From: Macrostomum hystrix
Taxonomy: Eukaryota; Animalia; Platyhelminthes
DNA length: 64,000 nt
Assembly (NCBI GenBank): GCA_950097015.1
Contig: CATNEN010000032.1
Location: forward strand, 124,001-188,000
Direction: 5' to 3'
Each line of letters opens with the position of its first letter. Within the stretch, counting starts at the first letter, position 1. The notes below the pieces were generated by a model that worked only from the letters and a program-made list of their open reading frames with translations, did not search any database and was not told where the DNA came from. The translations under genes and the position numbers were made by a program. Shown here piece after piece: positions 1 through 12,700 of the stretch.

Positions 1-537
1 AAATGCGCCCGATACCATCCCGTATAAAGCCAGTCTTAAATGGCGCATATTTTGTTACACCTACTGTGAGAAGCCTACTATGAAAGTGGTTGATAGTATA
101 TAACGACGTGTTATTCTTTGGAAATTATATGCTTAACATATCGCCATTCCAGCATTAAAATAATTTTGTGTACAATTTGTTACTTAATAAAAAATTAATC
201 AATTTTCGATATGTACAGCAAGCAAACCGATGCCTTAAGTACCCAAGTTCAGCCGACTGTACTTTTGAAAAAACAAGAAAGTGTTTCGTGTTTAAGATTT
301 TAACAGTAACGGCATTGAGGTCGATTGCTGGTAATGTACTGTACGTATCGAGTACAATCGTAACAAGTAGCTCTACATGTACCTCAATCTCAGCAAAAAT
401 TAGATTAATTGGATGTCAGTATAGAAGTGGATTTCTCATCTCAATCTGATACGAATTTAACGCCAAAAGCCCCATTGTCAGAACTCTGTTTCCTGAAGTG
501 TAAGTGTAAATTAATTGTCATGATAGTCGAATTTAAG

Positions 538-3500
538 CAGTATGTATTCAACTCAGTGTAACCACTGATGAATCCGTAAATGTACCCCCGCTTCAACAGT
601 TCAGATGGTCAACTATAAGCCGTATATATTCAACTCAGTGTAACCACTGATGAATCCGTAAATGTACCCCCACTTCAACAGTTCAGATAGTCAACTATAA
701 GCCGTATATATTCAACTCAGTGTAACCACTGATGAATCCGTAAATGTACCCTCACTTCAACAGTTCAGATAGTCAACTATAAGCAGTATATATTCAACTC
801 AGTGTAACCACTGATGAATCCGTAAATGTACCCTCACTTCAACAGTTCAGATAGTCAACTATAAGCCGTATATATTCAACTCAGTGTAACCACTGATGAA
901 TCCGTAAATGTACCCCCACTTCAACAGTTCAGATAGTCAACTATAAGCCGTATATATTCAACTCAGTGTAACCACTGATGAATCCGTAAATGTACCCCCA
1001 CTTCAACAGTTCAGATAGTCAACTATAAGCCGTATATATTCAACTCAGTGTAACCACTGATGAATCCGTAAATGTACCCCCACTTCAACAGTTCAGATAG
1101 TCAACTATAAGCAGTATATATTCAACTCAGTGTAACCACTGATGAATCCGTAAATGTACCCCCACTTCAACAGTTCAGATAGTCAACTATAAGCCGTATA
1201 TATTCAACTCAGTGTAACCACTGATGAATCCGTAAATGTACCCCCACTTCAACAGTTCAGATAGTCAACTATAAGCAGTATATATTCAACTCAGTGTAAC
1301 CACTGATGAATCCGTAAATGTACCCCCACTTCAACAGTTCAGATAGTCAACTATAAGCCGTATATATTCAACTCAGTGCAACCACTGATGAATCCGTAAA
1401 TGTACCCCCACTTCAACAGTTCAGATAGTCAACTATAAGCCGTATATATTCAACTCAGTGTAATCACTGATGAATCCGTAAATGTACCCCCACTTCAACA
1501 GTTCAGATAGTCAACTATAAGCCGTATATATTCAACTCAGTGTAACCACTGATGAATCCGTAAATGTACCCCCACTTCAACAGTTCAGATAGTCAACTAT
1601 AAGCAGTATATATTCAACTCAGTGTAACCACTGATGAATCCGTAAATGTACCCCCACTTCAACAGTTCAGATAGTCAACTATAAGCACTATATATTCAAC
1701 TCAGTGTAACCACTGATGAATCCGTAAATGTACCCTCACTTCAACAGTTCAGATAGTCAACTATAAGCCGTATATATTCAACTCAGTGTAACCACTGATG
1801 AATCCGTAAATGTACCCCCACTTCAACAGTTCAGATAGTCAACTATAAGCCGTATATATTCAACTCAGTGTAACCACTGATGAATCCGTAAATGTACCCT
1901 CACTTCAACAGTTCAGATAGTCAACTATAAGCAGTATATATTCAACTCAGTGTAACCACTGATGAATCCGTAAATGTACCCTCACTTCAACAGTTCAGAT
2001 AGTCAACTATAAGCCGTATATATTCAACTCAGTGTAACCACTGATGAATCCGTAAATGTACCCCCACTTCAACAGTTCAGATAGTCAACTATAAGCCGTA
2101 TATATTCAACTCAGTGTAACCACTGATGAATCCGTAAATGTACCCCCACTTCAACAGTTCAGATAGTCAACTATAAGCCGTATATATTCAACTCAGTGTA
2201 ACCACTGATGAATCCGTAAATGTACCCCCACTTCAACAGTTCAGATAGTCAACTATAAGCCGTATATATTCAATTCAGTGTAACCACTGATGAATCCGTA
2301 AATGTACCCCCACTTCAACAGTTCAGATAGTCAACTATAAGCAGTATATATTCAACTCAGTGTAACCACTGATGAATCCGTAAATGTACCCCCACTTCAA
2401 CAGTTCAGATAGTCAACTATAAGCCGTATATATTCAACTCAGTGTAACCACTGATGAATCCGTAAATGTACCCCCACTTCAACAGTTCAGATAGTCAACT
2501 ATAAGCCGTATATATTCAACTCAGTGTAACCACTGATGAATCCGTAAATGTACCCTCACTTCAACAGTTCAGATAGTCAACTATAAGCAGTATATATTCA
2601 ACTCAGTGTAACCACTGATGAATCCGTAAATGTACCCTCACTTCAACAGTTCAGATAGTCAACTATAAGCCGTATATATTCAACTCAGTGTAACCACTGA
2701 TGAATCCGTAAATGTACCCTCACTTCAACAGTTCAGATAGTCAACTATAAGCCGTATATATTCAACTCAGTGTAACCACTGATGAATCCGTAAATGTACC
2801 CCCACTTCAACAGTTCAGATAGTCAACTATAAGCCGTATATATTCAACTCAGTGTAACCACTGATGAATCCGTAAATGTACCCCCACTTCAACAGTTCAG
2901 ATAGTCAACTATAAGCCGTATATATTCAACTCAGTGTAACCACTGATGAATCCGTAAATGTACCCCCACTTCAACAGTTCAGATAGTCAACTATAAGCAG
3001 TATATATTCAACTCAGTGTAACCACTGATGAATCCGTAAATGTACCCCCACTTCAACAGTTCAGATAGTCAACTATAAGCAGTATATATTCAACTCAGTG
3101 TAACCACTGATGAATCCGTAAATGTACCCCCACTTCAACAGTTCAGATAGTCAACTATAAGCCGTATATATTCAACTCAGTGTAACCACTGATGAATCCG
3201 TAAATGTACCCCCACTTCAACAGTTCAGATAGTCAACTATAAGCAGTATATATTCAACTCAGTGTAACCACTGATGAATCCGTAAATGTACCCCCACTTC
3301 AACAGTTCAGATAGTCAACTATAAGCCGTATATATTCAACTCAGTGTAACCACTGATGAATCCGTAAATGTACCCCCACTTCAACAGTTCAGATAGTCAA
3401 CTATAAGCCGTATATATTCAACTCAGTGTAACCACTGATGAATCCGTAAATGTACCCTCACTTCAACAGTTCAGATAGTCAACTATAAGCAGTATATATT

Positions 3501-5057
3501 CAACTCAGTGTAACCACTGATGAATCCGTAAATGTACCCCCACTTCAACAGTTCAGATAGTCAACTATAAGCCGTATATATTCAACTCAGTGTAACCACT
3601 GATGAATCCGTAAATGTACCCTCACTTCAACAGTTCAGATAGTCAACTATAAGCCGTATATATTCAACTCAGTGTAACCACTGATGAATCCGTAAATGTA
3701 CCCCCACTTCAACAGTTCAGATAGTCAACTATAAGCCGTATATATTCAACTCAGTGTAACCACTGATGAATCCGTAAATGTACCCCCACTTCAACAGTTC
3801 AGATAGTCAACTATAAGCCGTATATATTCAACTCAGTGTAACCACTGATGAATCCGTAAATGTACCCCCACTTCAACAGTTCAGATAGTCAACTATAAGC
3901 CGTATATATTCAACTCAGTGTAACCACTGATGAATCCGTAAATGTACCCCCACTTCAACAGTTCAGATAGTCAACTATAAGCAGTATATATTCAACTCAG
4001 TGTAACCACTGATGAATCCGTAAATGTACCCCCACTTCAACAGTTCAGATAGTCAACTATAAGCCGTATATATTCAACTCAGTGTAACCACTGATGAATC
4101 CGTAAATGTACCCCCACTTCAACAGTTCAGATAGTCAACTATAAGCAGTATATATTCAACTCAGTGTAACCACTGATGAATCCGTAAATGTACCCCCACT
4201 TCAACAGTTCAGATAGTCAACTATAAGCCGTATATATTCAACTCAGTGTAACCACTGATGAATCCGTAAATGTACCCCCACTTCAACAGTTCAGATAGTC
4301 AACTATAAGCCGTATATATTCAACTCAGTGTAACCACTGATGAATCCGTAAATGTACCCTCACTTCAACAGTTCAGATAGTCAACTATAAGCAGTATATA
4401 TTCAACTCAGTGTAACCACTGATGAATCCGTAAATGTACCCCCACTTCAACAGTTCAGATAGTCAACTATAAGCCGTATATATTCAACTCAGTGTAACCA
4501 CTGATGAATCCGTAAATGTACCCTCACTTCAACAGTTCAGATAGTCAACTATAAGCCGTATATATTCAACTCAGTGTAACCACTGATGAATCCGTAAATG
4601 TACCCCCACTTCAACAGTTCAGATAGTCAACTATAAGCCGTATATATTCAACTCAGTGTAACCACTGATGAATCCGTAAATGTACCCTCACTTCAACAGT
4701 TCAGATAGTCAACTATAAGCAGTATATATTCAACTCAGTGTAACCACTGATGAATCCGTAAATGTACCCTCACTTCAACAGTTCAGATAGTCAACTATAA
4801 GCCGTATATATTCAACTCAGTGTAACCACTGATGAATCCGTAAATGTACCCCCACTTCAACAGTTCAGATAGTCAACTATAAGCCGTATATATTCAACTC
4901 AGTGTAACCACTGATGAATCCGTAAATGTACCCCCACTTCAACAGTTCAGATAGTCAACTATAAGCACTATATATTCAACTCAGTGTAACCACTGATGAA
5001 TCCGTAAATGTACCCTCACTTCAACAGTTCAGATAGTCAACTATAAGCAGTATATAT
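538..5057. repeat. 82-bp tandem satellite, ~55 near-identical copies
   Basis: Unit TATATATTCAACTCAGTGTAACCACTGATGAATCCGTAAATGTACCCCCACTTCAACAGTTCAGATAGTCAACTATAAGCCG with period 82 (541 to 623). Only a few recurrent variants (CCCCCA/CCCTCA, AGCCG/AGCAG). Confidence 0.97.
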
Positions 5058-5679
5058 CTGGAATCGCGCATGCCGTTATTGGATAGCCCCTGATGTGCCG
5101 TCAAAAATTCAGCATCCGAAACTTAAAAAAATAACGATATTCGCACTTCAAAAAACTAACTTTTAGCTTTTGATGAATAAAATTGCTAATTTTCTAAAAC
5201 GCATAACAAAAATTAAGAGATTTTAAAGCTAAGGCCCTATTTGGCTATCACCGGGGTCGGTATGTTTTACACTTGCTTCCGTTAGAAGCTCATAGCGGAT
5301 GAAAGTTACGGGATAGATGAAGTTGAGGGTAGAAGCTTGCCCACTGAGCTCAGGCAGAATGCCGAATAAAATAAAGAACGCTGATAATAGAAAGGCCAAA
5401 AGTATTAAAATTGGTGAGCGTAATGTCTTTTGCTCGCCTCAGATTTGAACTCAAGTGACTCTGGGTTTTCGCTCATGCAAGTAATAGCTGGTTTACTAAT
5501 AACGCAGACTCAAACCACACAAGGGATGATTCACACGAAGGAATAAACGACTCAATGAACTTAATAAACAGGTTAGAGCCTAATAAACAAATAAACACAG
5601 AGGATAAGCGAGGCTGCTTACTAATAGAATTGATAAGGTGATGCTGCTTACTCATAAAATTGATAAGGGTTTCAAACAA

Positions 5680-6540
5680 TTTTCCTAAGATCTGCGTCTA
5701 GCACCAGCAGCAGATAATCAACAACAGCGTTAATAGCAAAAATGACAACACAAATTATTGCACTTTTAGCAGCTGCGGCAGCCAGTCGGTGACGAAACTT
5801 GTCTTAGAGCCGCACCTCGGCATAGCTCAGCAGGATAAGGTCGTAGCAACATCCGTAGTCCCACGTAGTCTCCGTAGTCTGCTAGTTAGTAATAAAAAAT
5901 TGAAAATTATGAAAAATATATTTAAGTTTTTTAATAAATAAAATTAATAAATAATTAATAAATAGAGCAGAGAAGTAAAATCAGGGACATTCCATCGTGG
6001 GCCAATTCCTTATATACTTATTTATAACAAACATATTTATAACGAACGTTTCAATAATATATAAAATACAAACTACAAACCAAGATTAAATTAAGTTAAC
6101 GGATGCGCACCTGACATGACTTATAGACTTTTCTTTGGGTTTTAGTTGTCCCTGGCTGTGGCCCAGGTGAAACTGCTCCGGGAAGCTGCTGATTAGCCAC
6201 TGCAGAGCTAACGCTGCGGCTGCCTCATGGAATGGCTAGAGCAGCCAATCAAACATGTCGACACCGGTGACGCCCATCTGAAGTGGTCCCAGACCCTCTG
6301 ACTTGGCCACCAGCTGGAACACGTCCATGGCGGCAAGAAGGTCGCTGCCTGGGCCGCAGCCGAGTGACAGGACCTCATAGCTGGTGCTGCTGGTGTTTGA
6401 GCCCATGATGGCGTCATAGAGCTCAGCTTGAATCAGCTGGCGAATGGACAACCGCTTCTTCGGGAGCTCGCACACTGTGTATGCGGCCCTAAATTCACTA
6501 GATTGGTAGAACCCTAAGTTTCCTTTGTCGCCTGACTGAC
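5680..6540 (-). pseudogene. Decayed class I SAM-dependent methyltransferase-like gene fragment
   Basis: Exon 6540-6111 (acceptor TTTTCCAG, donor CAG|GTGCGC) encodes the motif-I-like YEVLSLGCGPGSDLLA and VTGVD, with an in-frame TAG at 6238-6236 followed by further open sequence. A second exon from 5878 encodes the motif-IV-like YDLILLSY with an in-frame TAA at 5806-5804. Exon phases do not match, implying a frameshift as well. Confidence 0.5.
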
Positions 6541-6805
6541 TGGAAAACAAAAGTAGAATATTTTACTAATTTCAACAAAAATGTTTTTAAAATATATTTT
6601 GTGAGCACAGGCTATGGAATCTGAGTCTCTACAGCACCTGAGTCTATCCTATCTAGGCCAATGAGATCTGAGTCTATGCCATGAATTTCTATCTGAGTAT
6701 GAAAAGGCAAAATAATGAAAATAGGAGACAAACACATCAAACACATTGAGATTAACCCGGCTTAATTATATAATAATTAATTAAGAAGTCATATTGCTTA
6801 AAAAA

Positions 6806-7260
6806 ACACAGAGGATAAGCGAGGCTGCTTACTAATAGAATTGATAAGGTGATGCTGCTTACTAATAAAATTGATAAGGTGATGCTGCTTACTAATAGAA
6901 TTGATAAGGTGATGCTGCTTACTCATAGAATTGATAATGTTTAACGGGTTTCAAACAATTTTACTAAAGCACTCCCGCTGGCGCACCGGCTCGATGTCAT
7001 TGTCAATGACGAATATTCGGCTGCCAAGTCTTAACACGTGAAACAAAGCAACTATGATGATTTCTAGAGAAGCATCATAGTTGCTTCTATGATGCTGCAG
7101 CAGCAGTCAGTCAGCAGTCAGCCAGTCAGTGACTGATCTACCAGACTGGATGCTCGTTGACACTACGTACTTTCCCTCCGAGGTCCACATCGCCGAACTG
7201 GCTGGCGGGCTGGAAAACAAAAGTAGAATATTTTACTAATTTCAACAAATATGTTTTTAG
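6806..7260 (-). repeat. Diverged, internally shortened local duplicate of the 5594-6590 unit
   Basis: 6806-6963 matches 5594-5692 (AAACACAGAGGATAAGCGAGGC ... GGGTTTCAAACAATTTT). 7211-7259 matches 6541-6590 (same acceptor-bearing intron end). The interior is different and shorter. Confidence 0.75.
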
Positions 7261-7321
7261 AGAGGCAGTCGATATCGAAATAATTATGGAAATTCGTCAG
7301 TAATAAGATAGGGCTTATAGG

Positions 7322-7483
7322 GCCCGACTTTCTCATCGTCTGGCAGTGTATACTATCGCTGTGCCCCTAAGTCTTCTCTCCGCGGCTGCGTTCAAAATGA
7401 ATGTGGCCTCGCCGCGGAATCGAGCTCAGGGACCTCGGTGCGAGAGGCCAACGCGTTAGATCGATTTGCCACTCACCCGGCCC
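7322..7483 (-). mobile_element. tRNA-derived SINE, copy 1
   Basis: The reverse complement starts GGGCCGGGTGAGTGGCAAATCGATCT (A-box-like) and contains GAGCTCGATTCC (B-box-like). It aligns by eye with copies at 17731, 38249, 52210 and 53210. Confidence 0.75.
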
Positions 7484-8637
7484 TAACCAATGTTACAAGC
7501 TCATTGAGTAGGAATTTTGTAGCTTATCTCAGCTGTTTACTACACAAAATGATTGAAGCAAACAACAATTTTTTTCTAATTGTTGCTTTATTTGAATGGA
7601 ATAAAATGAGCATATGATGAGCAGCGATAAGTAAATAACAAAACAGAGCATTAGTAGAGCTAACTAACATTAACACAATACAAGAACGGTACGTTTTTTG
7701 TATTTTACTACTGCAATATCTATAAGAAAGTATTAAAATAACAGTGCACTATATCTGAATAACAATTTTATATTAATTAATAAAGGTTTGTACTAGCTAA
7801 CTATATTTTTGTAGAAAGCTTTGCACGTTAAAAAAAAGAACAGGAATTTAATTTGGCATAGAATTTAATTAGCGAGACATTGTAAACATATATGCTCATA
7901 CTTAATTACATTCGTGGAGCTTAGTAAAATAACTTTCGGAGCACTAACACAAGCTCCAAAATTTATGGCAATCATTTTTAATCTCCATTTTTGGATATTT
8001 TCATTTTGAATTAGTGCTACTGATACTGATACTGATACTGGCACTGCTACTGACGTGTCAGAAAGACGTGGCAGTGTCTATGGAAAGTGTGAACGAACTG
8101 TTCTGTGTTTTATTGTTTAAAATCATTTTCATAGATTTTTGAGCTTGTGTAACACTACCCCTGACCTTCGCGCACGTTTCTTGCTGCAGCTCCTGAATAG
8201 AAAAAGATATGAACATGATTTTAATTTTGTTTTCTTTCTGACAAAATTTCCTTTCATTTGACACCATGGGCGTGAAATTTCATGGCTCCGTTGAAGAGCA
8301 ACGTTGGACATTCCGGGAACTTTTGGGACACCCCTCGTAATATTTATAAAAAATCTAATGCTTTTAGTTCAGAAAAACACACGCAAAGGATGAATGTATA
8401 AGTACTTATAGGCATTGTAGTTTACAGACAAGCAAGCGGCGACAAAAATCGCAGTTTTTATCTTACTGAGTACGGAGATACACCCGAATTAGTATTAGTA
8501 AAAACTAAAATTATTAATCGTTTAAAGTCATTTTTACCATAAAAAAACTAAAAAAATTAAAAAGCAGCTGTCGCATTTTCGCTAGAGAAAAACGAACAAA
8601 ACTTGCCTAATTTTCTACCTAAATAAATGTTAGCCCA

Positions 8638-9485
8638 TCAATGTACGCCGGCACCATTGTTGCCAATGCCACCGGTGCCGCTCTCGCCTAGCAACAGCCG
8701 CGAGTCGTCCATCAGGCTGGGCTGCGGTCTCTTAGCAACCAATGCGCGAGGCAGCTTGTCGTGGTACAACTGATAGACGTCACGGTCGGCCGGACAGCTA
8801 CAACGGAAGGCCTCGCATTCGTACATGGCCGAATAATAGGCTTGCAGATGCTGCAGCTCTGATGGCACATCGAAGTCGCGATAGAACTGAAATGTATCGA
8901 CGATGCGAACAATTGAATCACGCCTGTCTCATCTCTCTGATCTCACCCAAGACGTCTCATCTCTCCGATCTCACCTCACCCCTGTCTCGTCTCTCCGATC
9001 TCACCTCACCCCTGTCTCATCTCTCCTCTGTCTAATCTGAACACTGTCACATGCATCTTGGCCCTGATTCATGTCTTCACTGTCTCATATCTTCCCTGTT
9101 TTATCTCCCGTCTTATCTCTCCTCTGTATAAAACTGTGCCGTGTCTTACATCTTCCATGTCACATCTCTCGCCTGTCTCATCTTTATCCTGTCTCATCTC
9201 TTTCCTATCTGATTTCACAGTCAATACCGACCCGCATTCATTTTAGAATCTATCTTTAGCCCGCTGGAGCTAAATAGACTCTGAGATTAAAAAAGCATTC
9301 GAACCCTGGCAGACAAACAGGGAATTCTACCTTAGCGGCCATTTTCAGATGATGCAGTTTAGGCATGAGTTGGCAATCCGCGTAGGTTAGCTCATCTGAG
9401 AGCAGGTAGCGACAACTTAGCGACAATTTGTACATGTGGTTCGGACTGCGCGGCTTCGGTCGATACTTAAGGCGCAGAGGCTCAA
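8638..9485 (-). CDS. CLIC: Chloride intracellular channel (CLIC/EXC-4 family, GST-fold), last two exons only
   Basis: Exon 9485-9331 (...CRYLLSDELTYADCQLMPKLHHLKMAAK, donor GTAGAA) splices in phase 0 to exon 8886-8638 (FYRDFDVPSELQHLQAYYSAMYECEAFRCSCPADRDV..., TGA). This matches the CLIC hallmarks FLxGDxLTxADCxLxPKLH and YxxFDIP...F..(S/T)CPAD. Upstream exons were not identified. Confidence 0.88.
8930..9035. repeat. Short 30-bp pyrimidine-rich tandem repeat in the last CLIC intron
   Basis: TCTCATCTCTCCGATCTCACCTCACCCCTG, about 3 copies plus degenerate flanks. Confidence 0.75.
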
Positions 9486-9494
9486 CTGGATCAC

Positions 9495-10190
9495 ACCATC
9501 AGCAACATCACCTCATCAATTCTATGTGACAGCAGCATCATATTATCAATTCTATAAGTTAGCAACATCATATTATCAATTCTATAAGTCAGCAGCATCA
9601 TATTATCAATTCTATGTGACAGCAGCATCATATTATCAATTCTATGTGTCAGCAGCATCATATTATCAATTCTATGTGACAGCAGCATCATATTATCAAT
9701 TCTATGTGACAGCAGCATCATATTATCAATTCTATGTGACAGCAGCATCATATTATCAATTCTATGTGACAGCAGCATCATATTATCAATTCTATGTGAC
9801 AGCAGCATCATATTATCAATTCTATGTGTCAGCAGCATCATATTATCAATTCTATGTGACAGCAGCATCATATTATCAATTCTATGTGTCAGCATCATCA
9901 TATTATCAATTCTATAAGTCAGCAGCATCATATTATTAATTCTATGTGACAGCAGCATCATATTATCAATTCTGTAAGTCAGCAGCATCATATTATCAAT
10001 TCTATGTGTCAGCAGCATCATATTATCAATTCTATGTGACAGCAGCATCATATTATCAATTCTATAAGTCAGCAGCATGATATTATCAATTCTATGTGAC
10101 AGCAGCATCATATTATCAATTCTATAAGTCAGCAGCATCATATTATCAATTCTATGAGTCAGCAGCATCATATTATCAATTCTATGTGAC
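9495..10190. repeat. 30-bp minisatellite, ~23 copies, directly upstream of the CLIC exon acceptor
   Basis: Unit ACAGCAGCATCATATTATCAATTCTATGTG. It generates the spurious ORFs 9436-9939 and 9491-10171. Confidence 0.95.
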
Positions 10191-10280
10191 GTCTTGGCAA
10201 GTGCAAAAGATTGAAACGCGCACTGTTCACTTTCACGCCACGATGAGGCGCGTCACGTTCGTGAAAGAAAAATTTATCTG

Positions 10281-11273
10281 ACAAATGCAGAGGGAAAATG
10301 TCAAAGCAATGAATGCCCATTGACAATCCCAGCATTAGTTTTATGCAGAGGGAAAAATGTCAAAGCAATGAATGCACAGTGACAATCCCAGCATTAGTTT
10401 TATGCAGAGGAAAAATGTCAAAGCAATGAATGCACAGTGACAATCCCAGCATTAGTTTTATGCAGAGGGAAAAATGTCAAAGCAATGAATGCCCATTGAC
10501 AATCCCAGCATTAGTTTTATGCAGAGGAAAAATGTCAAAGCAATAAATGCACATTGACAATCCCAGCATTAGTTTTATGCAGAGGAAAAATGTCAAAGCA
10601 ATAAATGCACAGTGACAATCCCAGCATTAGTTTTATGCAGAGGGAAAATGTCAAAGCAATGAATGCACAGTGACAATCCCAGCATTAGTTTTTTGCAGAG
10701 GGAAAAATGTCAAAGCAATGAATGCACATTGACAATCCCAGCATTAGTTTTTTGCAGAGGGAAAAATGTCAAAGCAATGAATGCACAGTGACAATCCCAG
10801 CATTAGTTTTATGCAGAGGGAAAAATGTCAAAGCAATGAATGCACAGTGACAATCCCAGCATTAGTTTTATGCAGAGGGAAAAATGTCAAAGCAATGAAT
10901 GCACAGTGACAATCCCAGCATTAGTTTTTTGCAGAGGGAAAAATGTCAAAGCAATGAATGCACAGTGACAATCCCAGCATTAGTTTTATGCAGAGGGAAA
11001 AATGTCAAAGCAATGAATGCACAGTGACAATCCCAGCATTAGTTTTATGCAGAGGGAAAAATGTCAAAGCAATAAATGCACAGTGACAATCCCAGCATTA
11101 GTTTTATGCAGAGGGAAAAATGTCAAAGCAATGAATGCACAGTGACAATCCCAGCATTAGTTTTATGCAGAGGGAAAAATGTCAAAGCAATGAATGCACA
11201 GTGACAATCCCAGCATTAGTTTTATGCAGAGGAAAAATGTCAAAGCAATGAATGCACATTGACAATCCCAGCA
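10281..11273. repeat. 58-59-bp minisatellite, ~17 copies
   Basis: Unit TGCAGAGGGAAAAATGTCAAAGCAATGAATGCACAGTGACAATCCCAGCATTAGTTTTA, with length variation in homopolymer runs. Confidence 0.95.
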
Positions 11274-11447
11274 ATATTTGACAGAATATAGACTCTAGTC
11301 CCTGTAAAGATAGCAGCTCTCTGCACAGTGACTATTTTCGGCTGAAAACATTGAAAACCATAGCATATTGCATCTTAAATATTATACTATCTAATATTAA
11401 GCTATTGGCGTCGTGTGGGCCTCTAATAATTGTTTCATATTAAAATT

Positions 11448-12700
11448 TCATTCCGTTTGTCTAGTATCTAGTCTAAGCGTAATGTTGGGTGCAGAGCTCG
11501 CCCCATATAAAGATGACTGAGCAAGTCTATTTGCGTCATCTACAAATGGAGTATTGAAAGGATTAAAATTTGTTGAACTTTCACTTTCGTGAAAGTGTTG
11601 CCGATATTTCGCGGTTACAGAAGTCAGTGCCGTATCTCCTTCACTCTCCAAGTCACTTGTGGTGATATTATGGTAGTCATCGACTTGTAGCCCTTCTTCC
11701 ATCACTTGAGCCTGTTGTTGATGCAGATGAGAGGCACTTATTGGTGTATCATGATCAGGTGATACATCAATGGAAACTGAATTACAAAATGTCAGTTCTG
11801 TATTTTCGAGTTCCTTTAAAATGGCTACACATTTTTTTCTGGATAAGTGATGGGGGTCCTTCAATTCTGGAATGAATTTGCAACTTTTTCCGACAAGGCT
11901 CCATGGAATCTTGCCGTCGAAACCTGTCGCTGTTTTATGTGCAATTTTAGCCCTTAAAAAAATTTCTTGCCGCATTTTTTTCACATCGCTATAAACAGAA
12001 GCTAGGTTTCGTGGCTGACTAGTTTCAGCAAGCTGAACATCACTGCGCTCATTTGCCATATTTTGTTGTTCTGCTTTTTTCGCGTCATCCATTAGTTCTG
12101 CTATTTTATTTATATGGGGCTCCATAGCGCTTCTAACATTAGGCGATATGTCATTGGACGTGGTAAAATCGGTTCCACGTCGGGTTAATATAATAAGTAC
12201 GTATGTCTCACCTGTACGTTTTAAATCATTTACCACTTTTCTTATTTTCTTCTGCTGATTTTTAGCTTCTTCTTGAAGACGTCGCTTTTCTTCGATTGGC
12301 AGACTCATATACTCGCGACGCAGTTCGGCGGTCCACACTAGAATTAAAGGAAGATTTGAATTTTTAAATTTTACCAAAACATAGTGACTAATTATTATAT
12401 TTATTTATTTCTAGCTTTTATGTAAATTAATAGATGCACCCCACAGAGAATATAACATATGATGTAGCCTAGAAAATACAACAATATTCAAGACTTTTAG
12501 AAAAAAACAATGTTATGCTGCATAAATGGACTAAAATGTTTTGTATTAAAAATAATGCTGCCTACTCATACATTACTATTTCTTGAGTTCTAGTCTTACT
12601 ATATATCCCTGTAGTATATTTTTAAGTAATACTGACCATAAGAAAACTTACCTGCCTTTCCTTTGTTTTGCAAAAACACATAGGCACCAGTTAGAACCAT
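11448..12700 (-). CDS. AT-rich orphan gene, ~312 aa, with a degenerate HMG-box-like N-terminus (possibly transposon-borne)
   Basis: Exon 12700-12652 (ATG GTT CTA..., donor GTAAGT, phase 1) joins exon 12337-11448 (acceptor TTCTAG), giving MVLTGAYVFLQNKGKAVWTAELRREYMSLPIEEKRRLQEEAK... The long non-repetitive ORF has AT-rich codon use unlike the neighbouring genes. The HMG resemblance is by eye only. Confidence 0.6.

Noticed and set aside
538-5057. Hammerhead ribozyme in the 82-bp satellite (CTGATGAATCCGTAA resembles CUGAUGA-stem II)
   Set aside because: There is no GAAA core strand, stem II has no partner, and no NUH cleavage triplet lies at the required position on either strand.
5804-6238. 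Stop-codon reassignment (TAA/TAG as sense) in the methyltransferase-like locus
   Set aside because: Neighbouring intact genes terminate at TAA (GDH) and TAG (DHCR24, IPO9), and the locus also has a phase mismatch. Pseudogenisation is the simpler explanation.
10191-10277. Candidate further CLIC exon (KFFFHERDAPHRGVKVNSARFNLLHLPR)
   Set aside because: It is phase-compatible with exon 9485, but the donor (GTCACA) is weak and the peptide is not convincingly CLIC-like.
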